NCBI GenBank assembly: GCA_020052415.1
Contig: JAGVPB010000078.1
Span: 146,642-210,641 of the forward strand
From: Bacteroidales bacterium
GTDB lineage: Bacteria > Bacteroidota > Bacteroidia > Bacteroidales > JAADJA01
Length of the DNA stretch: 64,000 nucleotides
Reading direction: 5' to 3'
The translations under genes were made by a program, and so were the position numbers. This document shows positions 51,822-61,931 of this stretch, piece after piece. The first letter of the stretch is position 1, and every line of letters starts with the position of its first letter. A model generated the notes under the pieces. The model had not been told where the DNA came from. It ran no database searches and saw only the letters and a program-made list of their open reading frames with translations.

Positions 51822-54800
51822 TTAAAATTGTAGGTTAACAGTTAATCCAATATTCCGGGTGGTTGGCATAACGCCGCTTTGCCATCCCTGTATATTTCCA
51901 CCGGTATGTCCGGATTCCGGATCAGCATGTGGAAGGTCTTTGGAAATGATCCAGAGATTTGAACCTACCAGGCTGAATGAAATGCCATTGATAAAAGTTT
52001 TATCAAGCAAGCTGCCGGGGAGAGAATAAGTAAGAACAACTTCCCTAAGCTTGATATAGGTAGCATCATAAACAAATTTGGCATTAGGATTTCTTGACCA
52101 GCCAAATACACGGTAATCGTCTCCGGCAACCCTGACGTCATTGGTACGGTAAGTTCCAAGACCATTACCATCTTCATCAACATTTTCAATGAGGCCATCC
52201 AAAATCAATCCACCACCATCTTCGAGTGAATTCCTTACAGGATTACCGAGGTCGTTGGTGTAATCGGTTTCTTCATATAAACCGGTTCCCAATCCATAAT
52301 ACTGGTCTAATGAAAACACACTTCCGCCCTGCTGCCAGTCAATAAGTATGCTGAGCATCCAGTTCTTATAGGAGAACCTGTTCAGAAAACCAGCATTCCA
52401 GTCTGGATTTATATTACCGAGAACAATGTCGGATGTTGGGGTCCTCCGGTAATAACCGTCAGCACCTACAACTTTTTGTCCGTCAACATAAATAAAATCT
52501 GTTCCCTGTATGGTTCCATAAGGCTCGCCAACACGTGCATTAATTGTTAAGCCACCCTGAAGGGCTGAAAGCTGAAGGTTTTCGATGTCTCCTTCAAGAG
52601 ATACTACCTCATTGATATTTCTTGCCCAGTTAAGCGTGACATCCCATGTGAAATTTCCTTTTTTCACCGGTGCACCAAATAACGTCAATTCTATACCTTT
52701 ATTAGATACTTCCCCTGCGTTTACATAATTTGATGAAAAGCCGGTTGCATAAGACACTGCAACAGGGAAAAGCTGGTTAATTGTATTTGCCTGGTAAAGG
52801 GCAAGGTCGAAACCAAGCCTTTTCTTGAGGAAATACATTTCAAGACCACCTTCCAAACCTGAAGAAATCTCCGGTTTGAGGTTAGCATTATTATTTTGGT
52901 TCGGCAAAGAATACAAAGCAGTGCCATTGTATGTAGGATTCTGATCATAGGTATTGATCAATGAACCCCATTGAGCATCATTACCCACTTGTGCCCAGCT
53001 TATTCTGAATTTGCCATGATCAAGCCAGCTTGCTTTTGCCAGTTCCGAAAAAACGAAACTTGCAGAGACCGAGGGGTATTGATAACTCCATTCCTCAGAT
53101 GGCAATGTAGAAGATACATCATTTCTGAAAGTACCATCAAGATATAAAAAGTTCTTAAATCCAAGTGAAGCGCTGATATAATAACCATTAACTCCTAATT
53201 CCTGAAGTTCTTCAGCGGATCTGAAAGTATTAACAGAATTATTAACTGCATACAATCCTGGTACAATCAATCCTCCATCGGTAGCGGCAAATAACTGGTC
53301 TGTCCTTAACCTTCTGATGTTGGTTCCCAGCAATGCGCTGAGGTTAAAATCTTCAGTCAGGTTTTTGTGGAATTTTAACATCAGGTCCATGTTTCTCTCG
53401 GTGTAGGAATAATCTAATTTGGAATATCCTGATGTGACGTCCGAACGGCCTGCTGTGGTTGGTACTCCAAATTCACCGGCAGCGGATCCAAAAGCCTTTC
53501 TTTCTTCCTGAATTTCATTGTAAGTATCCACGGAATAACGGCCCATGATATTGAAATAGTCGTTAAGGTCGTAGTCAACCTGCAGATAGGCTATGATGCG
53601 GTCCCTCTGGTCGGTTTCAAAATTTTCGAATCGTACCCAGTAAGGATTATCCCAGTATGCCGGAGCCAGGTCATAGGGGCTTACAGGATTCCAGGTAATA
53701 TTACGGCCGGTTTCATCATAAATTTCCTGCTGTTGTTTATAGTCAACATTCATCTGCATCCATTGACGGAATGAAGAAAGGATATTATCACTGTATCCGG
53801 TGGAATTACGTCCCTTACCCTTGGTGTTAATATAATTAGCTGAAGCACTGACCTTGAGGTTTTTAAGAACATCATAAGATCCGTTAAACATGAAGTTGTT
53901 TTTCTTTATAGAACTGTTTGGCATAATCCCGGTTTCGTCCAGGTTAGTATAACCCAGTCTGAACGCGGAGTTTTCACCGCCACCCGTTACATCAACGCTG
54001 TTAGTGAATGACCAGGGAGTTTCGAAGAAATAATCCGGGCCGTTTTCACCAGCTATCCAGGGGGTTGCCTTTTGATAATTCGGATTTTCAGGATCAAATG
54101 AATCCCATTGGTAAACCATCAGGCTCGGATCGAACTTTTCACCAAAAGAAGCATCCTCATAAGTCGGAACGGTAAAGTCGGTGATTCCGTCTTCATTGAT
54201 ATCATAAAGGTATTCGAGTCCGGGATGATCGGTTTCACTATAAAACTGAGCACCATAACCGCCACCATAATTCTGCTGGTATTTAGGGAAGGTGCTTTTA
54301 TCTATAAATCCGGTAGTGACATTTGAACTTATATTCACTCCATAGACTTTCTTTTTACCGGTCATTTTCGTACCTTTTTTGGTAGTGATCATGATCACGC
54401 CATTTGCGGCCCTGGAGCCATACAATGCCGTAGCCGCTGCACCTTTCAAAACACTTATGGTTTCGATGTCGTTGGGATTGATATCGGAAGCAGCACTACC
54501 GTAGTCGAATCCTGACCGGCCCCGTATCTGGTCAGTGGTATTTGTGTTGTTGTTTCCAATAGGAACACCATCAACAACAAATAAAGCCTGGTTATTTCCG
54601 GTGATAGAAGAAGAGCCGCGGATCAGAATGTTGGTAGAACCACCCATATTCCCATTGGACTTGATCTGAACACCGGCAACTTTACCTGCAAGAGAATTAA
54701 CGAAGTTATCAGTCTTTATCTGATTGATTTCTTCTCCTCCAAGTTCCTGAGTTGCATACCCCAGCGATTTCTTCTCGCGGGAGATACCGAGAGCGGTAAC

Positions 54801-55121
54801 AACCACACCCTCGATGTTCAGAACATCAGGACTCATGACTACTTTGAAGGTAGTTTGCGTACCGATTGGAATTTCCTGTGTGCCCATTCCCACATATTTA
54901 AAAATGAGGGTCGTGGCTGAAGCAGGAACCTTAAGTGTGAATTTACCGTCCAGGTCGGTAGTTACACCAAGTTGTGTACCTTTAATCAAAACCTGAACCC
55001 CAGGGATTCCCTGGCCGTCGTCAGAACTGGTGACGGTACCAGAAATATCCCTGTCCTGAGCTTGTAAAATTTGCATTCCAACTAAAAAGATGAATGCTAA
55101 AAAAAGAGTAAATTTTCTCAT
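51822..55121 (-). CDS. susC: SusC/RagA-family TonB-linked outer-membrane protein
   Basis: Signal peptide, then CarboxypepD_reg (ISGTVTSSDDGQGIPGVQVLIKGT), the plug (GKVAGVQI...GSSSITGNNQALFVVDGVP), the TIGR04056-like motif, and a terminal …GLTVNLQF. Confidence 0.92.
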   Translation of the reverse strand: MRKFTLFLAFIFLVGMQILQAQDRDISGTVTSSDDGQGIPGVQVLIKGTQLGVTTDLDGKFTLKVPASATTLIFKYVGMGTQEIPIGTQTTFKVVMSPDVLNIEGVVVTALGISREKKSLGYATQELGGEEINQIKTDNFVNSLAGKVAGVQIKSNGNMGGSTNILIRGSSSITGNNQALFVVDGVPIGNNNTNTTDQIRGRSGFDYGSAASDINPNDIETISVLKGAAATALYGSRAANGVIMITTKKGTKMTGKKKVYGVNISSNVTTGFIDKSTFPKYQQNYGGGYGAQFYSETDHPGLEYLYDINEDGITDFTVPTYEDASFGEKFDPSLMVYQWDSFDPENPNYQKATPWIAGENGPDYFFETPWSFTNSVDVTGGGENSAFRLGYTNLDETGIMPNSSIKKNNFMFNGSYDVLKNLKVSASANYINTKGKGRNSTGYSDNILSSFRQWMQMNVDYKQQQEIYDETGRNITWNPVSPYDLAPAYWDNPYWVRFENFETDQRDRIIAYLQVDYDLNDYFNIMGRYSVDTYNEIQEERKAFGSAAGEFGVPTTAGRSDVTSGYSKLDYSYTERNMDLMLKFHKNLTEDFNLSALLGTNIRRLRTDQLFAATDGGLIVPGLYAVNNSVNTFRSAEELQELGVNGYYISASLGFKNFLYLDGTFRNDVSSTLPSEEWSYQYPSVSASFVFSELAKASWLDHGKFRISWAQVGNDAQWGSLINTYDQNPTYNGTALYSLPNQNNNANLKPEISSGLEGGLEMYFLKKRLGFDLALYQANTINQLFPVAVSYATGFSSNYVNAGEVSNKGIELTLFGAPVKKGNFTWDVTLNWARNINEVVSLEGDIENLQLSALQGGLTINARVGEPYGTIQGTDFIYVDGQKVVGADGYYRRTPTSDIVLGNINPDWNAGFLNRFSYKNWMLSILIDWQQGGSVFSLDQYYGLGTGLYEETDYTNDLGNPVRNSLEDGGGLILDGLIENVDEDGNGLGTYRTNDVRVAGDDYRVFGWSRNPNAKFVYDATYIKLREVVLTYSLPGSLLDKTFINGISFSLVGSNLWIISKDLPHADPESGHTGGNIQGWQSGVMPTTRNIGLTVNLQF

Positions 55122-55429
55122 AACATAAGAATTAAGGTTAGTTAATATAAATATTAAATTACTGATATATATTGTTTAGTACTCAAAATCAACATGATTA
55201 ATTAATTTTACCTCTTTGCTATTTTAAATTACCCGTACTAATCTGTTTATTTCATTACAAAGCAATGAAATTTTAAGATTGATTTTACATAAATTTATTA
55301 ATTATTTAACAACAATCCTTGTAATGATTTGTTGCTTTAAACCTAATCCGTTGTATTATAAAGAGATAAGCTGATCTCTGCTTTATAACAAAGACAAATT
55401 TAATACTTTTTACAAAAAACAAGTTGATT

Positions 55430-55843
55430 TTATGCCAGCCGGCGATAAAATAATGCAAATGAAATGTTCAGAACTGCAAATACAATAACGGTTATAAAAT
55501 TACCAAATCCATACAAATAGGGAATAACAATTATAAGAACACAACTGATCATATATATCAGGAGACCCTTCAATTTTTGCTTCCACATTAATAAAGCTCC
55601 CAGAAATGATAGTCCGTACAAAACAATGGCAGCAAAACAAACAATCAGGATGACGGAGGAGGTTATGTTCCGTTCGGGAACATAATCATTGAACACCCTC
55701 GTAACCCATCCCTTGAAAAGTATTCCTGTCGCAAACATCAGTATAAAAAAAGCCGAATAAACGAAAACGACGAAACAAAGGAGTGACAATATAAATGGCC
55801 TTTGCCCTGGTAAAGTTATATTTTCATTTTCACTTTGCTTCAT
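55430..55843 (-). CDS. Small 4-TM membrane protein, tandem paralog A
   Basis: 137 aa. It shares RPxxLxLLC and G(A)xxMWKxK blocks with the upstream gene 55849..56286. Confidence 0.55.
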   Translation of the reverse strand: MKQSENENITLPGQRPFILSLLCFVVFVYSAFFILMFATGILFKGWVTRVFNDYVPERNITSSVILIVCFAAIVLYGLSFLGALLMWKQKLKGLLIYMISCVLIIVIPYLYGFGNFITVIVFAVLNISFALFYRRLA

Positions 55844-55848
55844 AACTG

Positions 55849-56286
55849 TCAGGTCATAAATTTAAGGTTTACTGCATAAGCCGAAATAAAAGCTATTGTG
55901 ATAAAAAGCCCGACAAAAGAAAAAGGAAAAGACGGGGTAAACACCATGGGCAAAAATAAAATGAATATCTGCGATCCGGTATAAAGATGAAAGCCTAATT
56001 TTTTCAACTTCCACATACCGATGGCTCCAATGAGGGAAATTGAATAAAGAATTAAACCAGCAAGAAAAAATCTTTTTCCACCCGCAAGTAATTTATCAAT
56101 ATCAGGAAGCTCGATTTGTAACTGCCCGATAATTTCATCCATATTATCATAGGTCAGGAAGATAAAAAGGTTTGAGAATCCGGCAAGTCCGCTGCCGATA
56201 AATGAAAATATGCACAGCAGGGTCAGCAACTCCGGTCTTTTGACCGGCTGTTTCACCGGATTCTTAACATCACCTGAAAGATCCAT
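55849..56286 (-). CDS. Small 4-TM membrane protein, tandem paralog B
   Basis: 145 aa. Same topology and shared blocks (RPELLTLLC, GAIGMWKLKKLG) as 55430..55843. Confidence 0.55.
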   Translation of the reverse strand: MDLSGDVKNPVKQPVKRPELLTLLCIFSFIGSGLAGFSNLFIFLTYDNMDEIIGQLQIELPDIDKLLAGGKRFFLAGLILYSISLIGAIGMWKLKKLGFHLYTGSQIFILFLPMVFTPSFPFSFVGLFITIAFISAYAVNLKFMT

Positions 56287-56333
56287 TGTTAATGTATATT
56301 ATAAACGGGGTAAAACTGTACATTCTGCAAATT

Positions 56334-56399
56334 GGAATAAGGGGAATAGGGGATATAGGGGAAATACGGATGTGCAAGCCTTTATATCCCTTATTTCCC
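56334..56399. repeat. G-run / C-run imperfect inverted repeat
   Basis: The tandem units AATAAGGGG AATAGGGG ATATAGGGG AAATA (56334-66) face TATATCCCTTATTTCCC (56383-99). Several alternative pairings are possible. It lies between the hutH-family stop and the next gene start. Confidence 0.6.
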
Positions 56400-56458
56400 A
56401 TTTTATCTTATTTTTCATTTTGTTATAATTTATCCCGTGTGCAGTATAATTCAAAAGT

Positions 56459-57982
56459 TTATTCCAGGCTACCGACCACTTTTTCAACTTCTTCCAGAAC
56501 CTCGCATGATTCAATCAGCTTTTTCATCTTGTTATGATCGTCGTACAAAGGTCGGTCTATTTCAAGAAATTCTACGTATTTTCTCACAATTTCCCTGGCT
56601 CTGGTAACGCCCTTTCCAAATTTATATTCACGGAAATCAAGCGCCTGTGCAGCTGCCATCATTTCGATACCCAGAACACCATAAGCATTATCAAGTATCT
56701 GGAAATTCTTCTGAGCCGTATTCATTCCCATCGAAACAAAGTCTTCCTGGTCGGCTGCGGCAGGAATGGATTGAACGGAAGCAGGCATGGATAATATCCG
56801 TTGCTCGACGATTAGTGTATCGGCAGTGTACTGGCTGAGCATAAGACCCGAAAACATTCCGGCACCTTTAGTCAAAAATGCGGGTAATCCCACACTCAGG
56901 GCAGGATTGTTCAAACGGTTCATTCTCCTTTCCGACATCACGCTGATCATGGTAATTGCTGCGCCGGCCATATCCATAGGCAGCGCTACCGGTGTTCCCT
57001 GGAAATTAGCACCTGACAGCTGAAGATTTTCATCAGGAAAGAATACAGGATTGTCACCTACACCATTGAGTTCAATTTCTACCTGGGAGCGGGCATAAGC
57101 AAGGGCATCGTGTGCAGCGCCGATAACTTGCGGCGTCGAACGCATCGAATATGCATCCTGTACTTTATGAGGCACCCTCCCTTCTTTCAGATCGCCGTCA
57201 GCCACCAATTTATTGATCGCCTTTGCACTTCTGACCGCACCTTTAAATCCTCTGACTTCGTGAAGTTTTTCTGTATAGGGTTTCATATTCGCTTTCAAAG
57301 CTTCGAGCGACATAGCAGCAGCAATTTCAGCCTGTTTCAGCCATCGGTTTGCATCATATAGGAACAGGGCGCTCATAGCCGTTAAAACATTCGAGCCATT
57401 GATGGTTGCCAGACCATCCCTTGCATGTAGTCCGGGAATTTTAATTCCCGCTTTTTCAAGGGCTTCCTTTCCCGGGTAAAGTGTACCCTGGTAATAGGCC
57501 TTACCTTCACCCATCATTAACAGTGCGATCTGCGACATGGGAGCAAGGTCACCTGATGCACCTACCGAACCTTTGGTACAAACCCAGGGTGTTACACCCT
57601 TATTCAGCATGTCTATCAGGGTGAAGGTAATTTCAGGACGAACACCTGAATTTCCATGAGCATGAACGTTTACACGTCCGAGCATTGCTCCCCTCACCCA
57701 ATCCAGCGGCATGGGTTCGCCGATGCCGGCAGCATGGTTATAAATAAGGTATTTTTGAAAATCTTTTACCTGATCATCATTTAGTACCACTTCTGAAAAC
57801 TCGCCAATGCCGGTGTTTACACCATACATGATTTCGCGGGCAATAATTTTTTTCTCCAGCATTTCACGGCACTTATTCATTCTGTCCAGCGCCTGCGGAT
57901 GCAATTCTACTTTTTCATTGTGTCGGGCGACCTTAACTACATCTTCGATGGTTAAGCCTGTCCCGGTTACTATATAGGTCAT
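56459..57982 (-). CDS. hutH: Histidine ammonia-lyase family (MIO-dependent aromatic amino acid lyase) enzyme
   Basis: 507 aa. The MIO-forming Ala-Ser-Gly is in GSVGASGDLAPMS. Other motifs are YGVNTGIGEF and NHAAGIG. Substrate (His versus Tyr/Phe) cannot be fixed by eye. Confidence 0.8.
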   Translation of the reverse strand: MTYIVTGTGLTIEDVVKVARHNEKVELHPQALDRMNKCREMLEKKIIAREIMYGVNTGIGEFSEVVLNDDQVKDFQKYLIYNHAAGIGEPMPLDWVRGAMLGRVNVHAHGNSGVRPEITFTLIDMLNKGVTPWVCTKGSVGASGDLAPMSQIALLMMGEGKAYYQGTLYPGKEALEKAGIKIPGLHARDGLATINGSNVLTAMSALFLYDANRWLKQAEIAAAMSLEALKANMKPYTEKLHEVRGFKGAVRSAKAINKLVADGDLKEGRVPHKVQDAYSMRSTPQVIGAAHDALAYARSQVEIELNGVGDNPVFFPDENLQLSGANFQGTPVALPMDMAGAAITMISVMSERRMNRLNNPALSVGLPAFLTKGAGMFSGLMLSQYTADTLIVEQRILSMPASVQSIPAAADQEDFVSMGMNTAQKNFQILDNAYGVLGIEMMAAAQALDFREYKFGKGVTRAREIVRKYVEFLEIDRPLYDDHNKMKKLIESCEVLEEVEKVVGSLE

Positions 57983-57983
57983 G

Positions 57984-58070
57984 TTGATTTATGATTTTAG
58001 ATTTGTGATATTAGATTTATGATTTGATTTAAGAATATGATTTTGGATTTGATCTGATTTGAGATCAAAC
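57984..58070. repeat. Degenerate GATTT-based stutter repeats directly upstream of the hutH-family gene
   Basis: TTGATTTATGATTTTAGATTTGTGATATTAGATTTATGATTTGATTTAAGAATATGATTTTGGATTTGATCTGATTTGAGATCAAA. The GATTT core recurs about 11 times with a 6-10 bp period. The repeat ends in the hairpin TTTGATC-N8-GATCAAA. Confidence 0.8.
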
Positions 58071-58152
58071 AGGAAAAATTCAAACCCAGAGTGCGGCACG
58101 GTTGATTTTAATTTTAAATTTTAAAATCCAGCTATTCATACTATTAAATATA

Positions 58153-59682
58153 TTAACGGGTAAAAGTATTAATTTTCAATATCAAATCTTCAATAGTCAT
58201 TCGCGATTGTTCGCCTGAGATCATATTTTTAACTGTAAGGATATTTTCTTTCATTTCATTTTCACCCACCAGAGCCACGAATGGGATTTTACGGCTATCA
58301 GCATAGCTCATTTGTTTTTTAATCTTGCTCGTATCGGGGTAAAGTTCAGTATTTATTCCAGATTGTCTAAGTTTGTTAACCAATTGAAGGCAATATTTCT
58401 GTTCTTTTTCGCCAAAATTCACAAACAGGACTTGTGTTGAATTTGTGGTTTGATCGGGGAAAAGGCCAAGTTCCATCATAACATCATAGATGCGGTCGGC
58501 GCCAAATGAGACTCCAATGCCCGATATGCCCGGAAGTCCGAAAATACCTGTGAGATCATCATAGCGGCCGCCTCCGCAAATGCTCCCAATTGTAACATCT
58601 GTTGCCTCTACCTCAAAAATGGCCCCGGTGTAATAATTTAATCCACGGGCCAGCGTAAGGTCAAACTCCACATCCGATGAAAGTTCTAAGCCCTTCAACA
58701 GTTCGAAAACAGACGAAACCTCTGTCATGCCTTTGCTTCCTGTTTCAGTTTGGCTAAGAATTTTACTAAGGAATTCAATTTTTTCAACTGAATTTCCGGT
58801 AAAACTTAGAATTTCATTTAGTATATCAATTGAAGTAGCAGTAAAACCAGACAGTGAAAGCTCTTCCTTTACTTTTTGGATGCCGATCTTATCAATTTTA
58901 TCAATCGCAACTGTAAACGAAACAAATTTACCGGTTTCACCAAGGTATTCTGCAATTCCATACAGAACCTTCCGGTTGTTGAGTTTGATGGTGTTTTTTA
59001 TTCCCAGTTTTTTAAAAACCCCGTTCATGATCAGCACCAGTTCAGCTTCATTCATAAGTGAATTGCTTCCGATGACATCCACATCGCACTGGAAAAATTC
59101 ACGATACCGGCCTTTCTGTGGTTTATCGGCTCGCCAAACCGGTTGTATTTGGTAGCGTTTAAATGGAAAAACAATATCATTACGGTTCTGAACCACATAT
59201 CGTGCAAAGGGAACTGTAAGGTCATAGCGAAGACCCTTTTCAGTTATTGTATTTGAAAACCATCCAAAATGTTCTTCTAAAAAATAAATGATATCGCCGT
59301 ACTGAAGTAATGCTAAGTATTCTTTAACTTGCTGAAACTGCTCTGTTTTATCATATTTTTCATAATTGCTTACTATTTTTTTTATCCCTTCAACAATTCC
59401 AGGTAAAATATTATTGAGCATTTCTCTTTCTATATACTGCCTTGGTTCTTTGATTTTAGATAAAAAGTCTCCTGAATTTAAAATCTTGAACAACAATTTA
59501 TCCCCCTCCTCCCCGTACTTTCCCATCAGCGTCGAAAGGTTTTCCATGGCCGGAGTTTCGATAGGGAGATATCCGTAAAGTTGAAATACCGATTTAACAG
59601 TATCGAAAATAAAATTTCTCCTGACCATTACAGCCGGAGAAAAATCGCGTGTGCCCTTGGGTATAGTAGGTTGGTGAGCCAT
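58153..59682 (-). CDS. hisS: Histidine--tRNA ligase
   Basis: The motifs [56 protein letters not shown] and GGGRYD, plus a C-terminal anticodon-binding domain, identify HisS. It is longer than usual because of an insert after [10 protein letters not shown]. Confidence 0.93.
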   Translation of the reverse strand: MAHQPTIPKGTRDFSPAVMVRRNFIFDTVKSVFQLYGYLPIETPAMENLSTLMGKYGEEGDKLLFKILNSGDFLSKIKEPRQYIEREMLNNILPGIVEGIKKIVSNYEKYDKTEQFQQVKEYLALLQYGDIIYFLEEHFGWFSNTITEKGLRYDLTVPFARYVVQNRNDIVFPFKRYQIQPVWRADKPQKGRYREFFQCDVDVIGSNSLMNEAELVLIMNGVFKKLGIKNTIKLNNRKVLYGIAEYLGETGKFVSFTVAIDKIDKIGIQKVKEELSLSGFTATSIDILNEILSFTGNSVEKIEFLSKILSQTETGSKGMTEVSSVFELLKGLELSSDVEFDLTLARGLNYYTGAIFEVEATDVTIGSICGGGRYDDLTGIFGLPGISGIGVSFGADRIYDVMMELGLFPDQTTNSTQVLFVNFGEKEQKYCLQLVNKLRQSGINTELYPDTSKIKKQMSYADSRKIPFVALVGENEMKENILTVKNMISGEQSRMTIEDLILKINTFTR

Positions 59683-59739
59683 TAACCAATAACTTTTTTA
59701 TCTTATAATTAAATGTGCAGCAAAAGTAAAGGAATTAAT

Positions 59740-60222
59740 TTATCGGGAAATCTTCAGGTTGAGTTCGGTAAGAATTTTATTTAAAAAAGCGTCACATCCG
59801 CTTTCACCTTCTTTGGGCGCCCAGGAGGCAAAATTTTTATCGTCAATTGGATTATAAGGGCCGTCTTTAAGCTCATAAGCGATGGAATCCGGTTCAATGC
59901 AAATGACCGTATGAAATGTACGGGGCGCTACTTCGGCGGCATAATCCCGTGTTTTGGGATCAAGTATTATATGATCGGTAATTCTGCCTGCCGGATCAAA
60001 TTCAATAACTGCAAATCTGCCGGTCAGAGCTATGAAGACTTCCCTCTTATCAGGATCTTCATGCTTATGAGGCTGGAGATAAGTTCCAGGTTGCATGGCA
60101 TTCAGAAACCGTTGCAATACATCATCAGAGGCTTTATGGAAGATGTGATGCGCCCTTTTTCGCTTTGCATTCCGTGAATTCTCTGCCATAACCGAAAGCA
60201 GTGCATGATCAATCTTAATCAT
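59740..60222 (-). CDS. WbuC-family cupin-fold metalloprotein
   Basis: The motifs SRNAKRKRAHHIFH, QPGTYLQPHKH, REVFIALTG and PRTFHTV match the WbuC cupin pattern. Confidence 0.75.
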   Translation of the reverse strand: MIKIDHALLSVMAENSRNAKRKRAHHIFHKASDDVLQRFLNAMQPGTYLQPHKHEDPDKREVFIALTGRFAVIEFDPAGRITDHIILDPKTRDYAAEVAPRTFHTVICIEPDSIAYELKDGPYNPIDDKNFASWAPKEGESGCDAFLNKILTELNLKISR

Positions 60223-60227
60223 AAGGC

Positions 60228-60713
60228 TTATTTTTCAAATAAACTTAATTGGGCATTTTTTTGTTCATGTTCAAGAAGCCACTTTTTACGCCATAATCCG
60301 CCGGCATATCCCGTGAGGCCTCCATCCGAACCAATTACCCTGTGACAGGGGACAATAATTGAAACCGGATTGCTGCCGTTGGCTTTTCCCACTGCACGTA
60401 TGGATTTTATGTCGGATATTTTTTTGGCGATGTCGGAATAAGTTATCGTTCGTCCATAACTGATTTTAATTAATTCGTCCCAAACCCTTTTCTGGAATTC
60501 GGTTCCCTGAAGGTCAAGCTCAAGATCAAAATCAGTGCGGGTTCCTTCAAAATATTCTTTAAGCTGCTTTTTACAATCGTCGAAAATCCAGCCCGGATCG
60601 TTCTCCGGTAAATGCTGATCAACAAAAATCAGGGAGGAAATTCCTTTTCCTGAATGCTTGAGTTCAATTGTTCCAAGCGGTGAATTGAAATAGGAAGTTT
60701 CCTGAATAATCAT
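60228..60713 (-). CDS. ogt: Methylated-DNA--protein-cysteine methyltransferase
   Basis: The active site PCHRVIGSDGGLTGYAGG is present, and TYSDIAKKI forms the helix-turn-helix. Confidence 0.92.
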   Translation of the reverse strand: MIIQETSYFNSPLGTIELKHSGKGISSLIFVDQHLPENDPGWIFDDCKKQLKEYFEGTRTDFDLELDLQGTEFQKRVWDELIKISYGRTITYSDIAKKISDIKSIRAVGKANGSNPVSIIVPCHRVIGSDGGLTGYAGGLWRKKWLLEHEQKNAQLSLFEK

Positions 60714-61888
60714 ACTTTCTGCGTTTTGTTTTTACTCATCAAAGATTCCAATTTATCAGTGGCGGTTTTCCAGTTGTAAGATCTCTTCACAAACTCATGA
60801 CCTTTTGCAGCTATTTTTTCAGATTTTTCAGGGTGAGTAAGCAGATCAACGATGATGCCGGCATATTCTTCCGGGGAATTTCCGATTAAGATTTCTTCTC
60901 CGTCTTTAGCTTCGAGGGCATTGTTGGCAAGGGGTGAGGTAATGCACGGAATTTTCATTGCCATAGCTTCCAGCAGCTTGTTTTGAAGTCCTGTTCCAAT
61001 CTGCATGGGCGCAATAAATATCCTGGCTTTTGCATAATATTCCCTTAAATCATCCACCCAGCCTGTGATATTCACTTTGTCACTTTTTAAAGCACACACT
61101 TCGGGATGTGGGTTAGCGCCTACAAGAACAACTGTAGTTTCGGGAAGCTGCTGATGAACCTCAGGCAATATTTTTTTTACGAGATAAACAGCCGCATTTA
61201 TGTTTGGTGGATATCCCATATTTCCAATGAAAACTATGTCATATTCTTTATTTGTAATCATGGGTTTGTAAAAATCGGTATCCACGCCATTGATCACAAT
61301 TTCGATTTTATCCCTGTCGGGGTGAGGGATCAGATCACGGTCGGGTTTCGAAATGATGGTTTTGTTATCAAAATCCTTAAAGACCTCATTTTCGTATTTG
61401 CAAAGGCGTCTGTATTCAATCCTAAGAATAGGTTTGAGGTAAAATGGAGCGGTTTTTATTCGCCTTTCAACTCCTTTTGAAAAGACATCCTGGTAGTCCA
61501 GTGTTTTTGGTAAAGGATTTCGCCTGATATATTCCGCTACCCTCAAAAGCTGGCAATAGATATGGTCGGGTTTGATTTCTTTAATGAGCGCGGTAATTTT
61601 TTTATGGGCACTTTTGTTGTAAAAATACCCTGTTTGAAAGGGCCTGCCTTTTAAAAAAGCCAGCAGGATGTTTACAAAAATCCAAAACTTAGGAAGCCGG
61701 ATCACCTCAATAGTTTTGCAAAAAGGTTCCATTGCGGCAATGTACTCGCGTTTTAAGGAAATGTCTGTCAGCGCACAAAGATGGATTTCATTGTGTTCGG
61801 AAAGGAATTTAATCTGGTTATAAGCCCGCAGTTTATCCCCTTTTTCGAGCGGGTAAGGAAACCTGGAAAGCAGTACAAAAATCTTCAT
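60710..61888 (-). CDS. Glycosyltransferase family 4 (GT-B, group 1)
   Basis: 392 aa. The C-terminal half has RIFIAPMQIGTGLQNKLLEAMAMKIPCITS (EX7E-type motif). The gene's 3' end (stop at 60710-60712) overlaps the start of the downstream ogt gene (60713) by 4 nt. Confidence 0.8.
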   Translation of the reverse strand: MKIFVLLSRFPYPLEKGDKLRAYNQIKFLSEHNEIHLCALTDISLKREYIAAMEPFCKTIEVIRLPKFWIFVNILLAFLKGRPFQTGYFYNKSAHKKITALIKEIKPDHIYCQLLRVAEYIRRNPLPKTLDYQDVFSKGVERRIKTAPFYLKPILRIEYRRLCKYENEVFKDFDNKTIISKPDRDLIPHPDRDKIEIVINGVDTDFYKPMITNKEYDIVFIGNMGYPPNINAAVYLVKKILPEVHQQLPETTVVLVGANPHPEVCALKSDKVNITGWVDDLREYYAKARIFIAPMQIGTGLQNKLLEAMAMKIPCITSPLANNALEAKDGEEILIGNSPEEYAGIIVDLLTHPEKSEKIAAKGHEFVKRSYNWKTATDKLESLMSKNKTQKV

Positions 61889-61931
61889 GAGGCTCGTTGT
61901 GATTGCTGATTATCGCGGTTTCAAAAATAAA

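Noticed and set aside
55340-55395. Imperfect hairpin TATAAAGAGAT-N6-ATCTCTGCTTTATA after the small membrane protein genes as a terminator
   Set aside because: The stem is AT-rich with a 2-nt bulge and no following T-run on the transcribed strand. The support is too weak to annotate.
56210-56537. Small ORFs on both strands in the spacer after the hutH-family gene (56210..56428, 56286..56537, 56299..56514)
   Set aside because: They are translations of the G-run/C-run repeat region and overlap neighbouring CDS ends. No coding signal is present.
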